Positions 53,871-57,994 of a stretch of 57,994 nt of DNA are shown piece by piece (position 1 is the stretch's first letter; every line of letters begins with the position of its first letter). This DNA is from a virus. Lineage: Duplodnaviria > Caudoviricetes. Below the pieces are notes generated by a model. That model saw nothing but the letters and a program-made list of their open reading frames with translations. It did no database searches and was not told where the DNA came from. The stretch is from the IMG/VR virus record IMGVR_UViG_3300034190_001214, positions 1-57,994 of that record; one strand, given 5' to 3'. Made by a program: the position numbers and the translations under genes.

Positions 53871-56537
53871 TTAGAATGTTCCACCATCAACTGATGTTGA
53901 CCAAGAGATAGTATCGCTTGATGAAGTGTATAATAATATACCATCGTTTGAACCACCACCATCTAATGCACTGATTGTATTCGCAGAGTTTGCGATGATA
54001 ACCGAACCTTTTGCTGCGGCGGTTAATCCTGTTCCACCATTACCAACTGGTAATGCTCCAGTTACCTTTGCGGTAAGGTCAATTGAACCCGCTAACATTG
54101 CGTTTGTAATACCACTCGCCTTTACTCTAAGTGCGTCAGAATTTATTTCAATAGAAGAATCATCAACTCCAACTGAAAGTGTGTTTCCAGATTTCGCCAG
54201 ACCAGCACCTGCTGATATTTGACCTGCTCCAGAGAACTGTTCTACAGTTAGGTTTGTAGTACCCATAGTTGGTGAACCATTATGTGTGAACACATAACCA
54301 TTGTCTGCGTTTGCAGTACCTTCTTCTACAAATACGAAACTACCACCTGTTAACTCTGCTGCGGTATCTGCGTCAGTTGCCCTTGTAAGAACATACGCTG
54401 CGCTACCACTACCAACAGTTGTAACTGTGTATATACCATTGTGTGCGGTAGTTGATTGGTTCTTAACAAGAACTCTATCACTTGTACTAAGTGTAACACC
54501 ATCTAATGTTATCGCTCCATTTGAACCTGCGGTAAGTGTTGCGCCTACTCCAGATGAACCATTACTATAACTTGGACTGTTTCCGAGTGCGTCAGTAGTT
54601 GCGGCTTTAACTGAACCTTTAACATCTAATCCATTTGCGACACTATCCACATACGCCTTTGTTGCTGCGTCCTGTGCGCTTGATGGGTCAGTAACACTTG
54701 TAATCCTAGAAGAATTAACATCAACTGTTCCAGAACCATTAGGGTCTAATGTAAGGTTTCCATTTGAGTTTGTTGTTGAAATTGTATTACCATCTATTGT
54801 GATATTATCAACATCAACAGAAGTTAATCCATTTAAGTCTGTGATTGTATCACCAAGTGATGTATCATCAGAACCAATTGTAATACCATCATTCGCAAGT
54901 TTTGCGTTTGCGATTGAACCCGCTAGTTCATCATTGTTAACACCACCATTTTTAATTGTTACGGCTCCAGATGATACTGCGAAGTTATCTGAACTAAATG
55001 AGGCGACACCCTTATTAGATGTACTTGCGTCCTCACCTGCGATAGTAATTTCATCATCTGATACTGTTGTATCAATACCTTCACCACCAGTAAATGTTAG
55101 TGTACCACCAGTTGAGAATGAATCATTACTTCCACTATCTGCTGCGAGTGTAAAAGTACTTGTTATTGAACCAAATGATAAGACTCCAGAACCATTTGTT
55201 TTTAGAAACTGTCCTGCACTTCCATCAGCACTTGGGAAATCAAATGCGACACCATTAGATGTAAATATAAGATGTCCACCATCTGATGAAATAGATTCAT
55301 TTGCGTCATGGAATTGTAATGTAGGTGTTCCACCAGAATCTTGTAAAAGTAATCCTGTATCAGCGACATGAGTTAATGTAATCTCATTGTCTGCGCCGAA
55401 CTTAATTATAGAAGCGTCTGTACCTAATTCTAAATCGTGATTTAAGATAAGTGTACCTGCGTCACTACCATCGAATGTGGCCATAGTGATATCTGCGGTA
55501 TTGTCTGTTCCTTTGATGATAACATCTGAATCATTCGCCGCGGCGTCTATTGTGATATTACCAGATGATGTTGTTATGTTAACTGCTCCATCACCACTAG
55601 TAATATCATCTGCTGCGATTGCGGTTGCGGTAACTCCACTAAATGATAATGTTCCAGAACCATTTGTTTTTAGGAACTGTCCATTTGACCCATCTGAAGA
55701 AGGGACTGTGAATGCAGTTCCACCAGATGTTAAGATTAAATTACTACCATCTGAAGATACAGATTCGTTTGCGTCATGTAACTGAAGTGTTGGTGAACCA
55801 CCACTATCTGCGAGTAATAATCCTGTGTCTGCTACATGAGTTAATGTAATTTCATTATCAGCACCAAACTTAATTATTGAACCATCTGTTCCTAATTCTA
55901 AATCATGGTTCGCGATTAATGTACCTGCGTCAGAACCATCGATAGTTAAGAATGTTGTATCTGAACTACCATCTGTTCCTTTAAAAATAATATCAGTATC
56001 ATTACCTTGTGCGTCTATCGTAATATTACCAGCGGTTGTTGTTAAGGTTGCTGCTGCATCACCTGCGGCGATATTATCTAATGCGGGTGTTTCATCTGCG
56101 AATGATAATGTACCACTTGCGTTTGTTTTTATAACCTGTCCAGAACTACCATCTGCGGTTGGTAAAGTAAATGTTACACTTGCGGCGAGTGAGTTACCCG
56201 CTTTTAAACCAATGAAGTGAGTACCATTTGTTGTACCTTCATTTAATTTTAAAGTACCACCAGTACTACTATTATTACCAATAAGAAGTTCATCGACCGC
56301 TTTGTTTGAATCTACAACAACTGCAGAACTTGCGGTAAGTGTACCTGCGACATGGTCTAACATATCGGAGAAATATTGTCCACCGATTACATTAACCGAA
56401 CTACCATCTCCTATGAAAAGTCTATCGCCGTTATTCGCCTGTGTACCAGTACCATGTGTATATCCTAATTCACCATCTGCGAGTGAGGATGGAGCAGTTG
56501 TTCCAGTACTTCTTTTTATCTGTAATGTTACTGCCAT
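53871..56537 (-). CDS. Long tail fibre protein
   Basis: N-terminal LQIKRS...LADGELGY, internal duplication (NHDLELGTD..IIKFGADNEITLTHVADTGL), DAATKAYVD, RVLVKNQ..NGIY, C-terminal DGGTF. Confidence 0.8.
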   Translation of the reverse strand: MAVTLQIKRSTGTTAPSSLADGELGYTHGTGTQANNGDRLFIGDGSSVNVIGGQYFSDMLDHVAGTLTASSAVVVDSNKAVDELLIGNNSSTGGTLKLNEGTTNGTHFIGLKAGNSLAASVTFTLPTADGSSGQVIKTNASGTLSFADETPALDNIAAGDAAATLTTTAGNITIDAQGNDTDIIFKGTDGSSDTTFLTIDGSDAGTLIANHDLELGTDGSIIKFGADNEITLTHVADTGLLLADSGGSPTLQLHDANESVSSDGSNLILTSGGTAFTVPSSDGSNGQFLKTNGSGTLSFSGVTATAIAADDITSGDGAVNITTSSGNITIDAAANDSDVIIKGTDNTADITMATFDGSDAGTLILNHDLELGTDASIIKFGADNEITLTHVADTGLLLQDSGGTPTLQFHDANESISSDGGHLIFTSNGVAFDFPSADGSAGQFLKTNGSGVLSFGSITSTFTLAADSGSNDSFSTGGTLTFTGGEGIDTTVSDDEITIAGEDASTSNKGVASFSSDNFAVSSGAVTIKNGGVNNDELAGSIANAKLANDGITIGSDDTSLGDTITDLNGLTSVDVDNITIDGNTISTTNSNGNLTLDPNGSGTVDVNSSRITSVTDPSSAQDAATKAYVDSVANGLDVKGSVKAATTDALGNSPSYSNGSSGVGATLTAGSNGAITLDGVTLSTSDRVLVKNQSTTAHNGIYTVTTVGSGSAAYVLTRATDADTAAELTGGSFVFVEEGTANADNGYVFTHNGSPTMGTTNLTVEQFSGAGQISAGAGLAKSGNTLSVGVDDSSIEINSDALRVKASGITNAMLAGSIDLTAKVTGALPVGNGGTGLTAAAKGSVIIANSANTISALDGGGSNDGILLYTSSSDTISWSTSVDGGTF

Positions 56538-56549
56538 TGTTTAAACTCC

Positions 56550-56825
56550 TTAGAAACTACCACCACTTAAAACTATATCACCTGCGGTTGTATCAATAGT
56601 TGTTCTTGCGACAAACTTATTTGTTGAGGCTTTATATTGTAATAATGCGCCATCGTTTAATGTTGATACATCAACATCAGATAATGTTTGTAATGTACTT
56701 GCTGAACTTCCTGTTGGGCCTTGTGGGCCAGGGACAGTTACTCTTACAACTTGTGGTTGACTCGACTGTGCGAAACTTCCAGTAATACTTCTTGATGATG
56801 TTAAATTTGCGGTTATCGTTGACAT
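56550..56825 (-). CDS. Small collagen-motif fibre adaptor
   Basis: GPQGPTG, LSDVD...DGALLQY, C-terminal SGGSF. Confidence 0.65.
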   Translation of the reverse strand: MSTITANLTSSRSITGSFAQSSQPQVVRVTVPGPQGPTGSSASTLQTLSDVDVSTLNDGALLQYKASTNKFVARTTIDTTAGDIVLSGGSF

Positions 56826-56834
56826 CTAATACTC

Positions 56835-57173
56835 CTATCTTGAAACACTTGGATTTACTGTTGCGACTCCCTCAACTACTCTTGTTGTTGTCGCACTATC
56901 AGAAGTTGTAATCGCGAGGTCATAAACATATCTACCCGCTTTTAACGCTCCTGTTTGTGTCGCCGTTAAACTTAAATCTATCTTTCCAGTAGTTCTATCT
57001 GCGTTAAATGCTACAGTCATAGAAGTTGCGGTTGAAGACAAATAAGTCTTACGAATTTGAGCGACTGCGGTATACCCCGTAAGGTCTAACGCACTTCCTG
57101 TACTATCGTTAACTGTAACTGTGGTACTAAAAGTTGCGTCTTGGTCAATAAATATATTTGATAGTGTCGCCAT
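56835..57173 (-). CDS. Ig-like fibre attachment protein (BppU N-terminal-like)
   Basis: IDQDATF, DLTGYT..AQIRK, GKI.LSLTA.QT, GRYVYD, RVVEG...V.PSV. Confidence 0.7.
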   Translation of the reverse strand: MATLSNIFIDQDATFSTTVTVNDSTGSALDLTGYTAVAQIRKTYLSSTATSMTVAFNADRTTGKIDLSLTATQTGALKAGRYVYDLAITTSDSATTTRVVEGVATVNPSVSR

Positions 57174-57193
57174 CGCAAATCCTTTTTTCTAAT

Positions 57194-57201
57194 TATTTAT
57201 A
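57194..57201 (-). promoter_or_regulatory. Late promoter TATAAATA for the fibre operon
   Basis: Exact consensus (CCTTATAAATA), AAGGA RBS. Confidence 0.78.
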
Positions 57202-57221
57202 AGGAATGGATAGTTAATATA

Positions 57222-57920
57222 TTATTTTAAAGCGATAATACCGACAAACATATGATTTCTCCAGAAACATTGTGTTTTTGAGAAACCAACATCGTTTAAC
57301 ATATCAATAATCTCTTCATAGGTATTTGGTTTTAACATATGTCTTAGTTCTCTCTCTTTATCCATGATATCATCGGTTGAGAAAGAATCTCTTTTATAAT
57401 CATAATAATTAAATGTCAACATCTCTTGAAAGTTTGCGTTCTCACAAATAGTCTTTTCACTCATGATAAACGAACCACCTTCATTGAGTCCATCATATAA
57501 TTTTTGAAGAACCATCTTTCTTTTTCGAGGTGACATGAACTGAAGTGTAAAGATAGAGGTGACTAGAGAACAATTATTAAATTCATAATTACAAATATCA
57601 TCAAAGATAAAAGATATTCTTTCATTCGCAAATTGTTTACGAAGATTTTCTTCTCTTTGTCGAAGTGGTTTTACAAATCCAGTCGCGAGTTCTACACCTA
57701 TCCAATTTACATCACAGATAACTCCAAAGTTTTTTTCAATCATTCTTTCGGTTAACTTACCAGTTGAACATCCAATATCAACAACATTTGTTCCACTATC
57801 AACAAAGTATTGACTGTATGCGATAACATCATTTAATAATTCTGAATATCCACGAATAGATTTATTGATATGTTCATCAAATCCTTCTTGTCTGTGTGCG
57901 AATGTAAAATCATAATCCAT
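57222..57920 (-). CDS. cmoA: CmoA-like SAM-dependent protein (putative carboxy-SAM synthase)
   Basis: F.F....FDEHINKSIRGY, DIGCSTG, IFTLQF, L..GG..I.SEK, GF...CFWR...F.G..A.K follow the CmoA pattern. Confidence 0.8.
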   Translation of the reverse strand: MDYDFTFAHRQEGFDEHINKSIRGYSELLNDVIAYSQYFVDSGTNVVDIGCSTGKLTERMIEKNFGVICDVNWIGVELATGFVKPLRQREENLRKQFANERISFIFDDICNYEFNNCSLVTSIFTLQFMSPRKRKMVLQKLYDGLNEGGSFIMSEKTICENANFQEMLTFNYYDYKRDSFSTDDIMDKERELRHMLKPNTYEEIIDMLNDVGFSKTQCFWRNHMFVGIIALK

Positions 57921-57994
57921 TATTCTTTCTCCTTGTATGGTTTTAAAATCTTTTCATATACTGAATCTGCGATAGCCTTCATCATCAAAGGAGG
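57920..57994 (-). CDS. C-terminal end of a probable C5-cytosine DNA methyltransferase (gene begins beyond the window)
   Basis: PPLMMKAIADSVYEKILKPYKEKE* resembles the helix after motif X (GxxVPP); TAATG-coupled to the CmoA-like gene. Only 24 aa visible. Confidence 0.6.
   Translation of the reverse strand, partial: PPLMMKAIADSVYEKILKPYKEKE

Noticed and set aside
8082-57173. Diversity-generating retroelement or invertase-based tip switching
   Set aside because: No reverse transcriptase, recombinase, adenine-specific repeat pair or inverted crossover sites seen; paralogs differ broadly.
1-57994. tRNA genes, introns, inteins
   Set aside because: No cloverleaf recognised in the few intergenic gaps; gp17, gp20, gp23 and UvsW are of normal length and uninterrupted.

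Overview
AT-rich, almost entirely minus-strand segment of a T4-like (Caudoviricetes, myovirus) phage genome; its gene content resembles marine T4-like phages, but the host cannot be determined from this window. It runs from a recombination/late-transcription block (gp46 partial, gp47, gp55, UvsW, two 2OG-Fe(II) oxygenases, UvsY, gp3) through head, tail, terminase and neck genes (gp23-gp13) and baseplate genes (DUF4815-like giant protein, gp8, gp9-like, gp7, gp6, gp25, gp5). Many modular fibre, tip and chaperone cassettes are interspersed, and the window ends in a CmoA-like gene coupled to a probable C5-cytosine DNA methyltransferase (only its last 24 codons are visible). Main observations: (1) a ~250-nt minus-strand non-coding RNA at 44897-45147 with four back-to-back 25-nt units, each able to fold as a compact H-type pseudoknot with covariation in both stems, directly after a Cys-containing hyper-acidic protein; (2) a CmoA-like/C5-MTase pair suggesting DNA carboxymethylation; (3) a strong, patchy bias placing GC dinucleotides in CGC/GCG context, plus GATC and GGWCC avoidance; (4) a possible plug-and-socket code linking fibre proteins; (5) a phage outer-membrane beta-barrel gene behind 11-bp tandem boxes; (6) a second promoter-driven hairpin RNA near 7040-7143. 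All calls come from reading motifs and synteny by eye; no searches were run.
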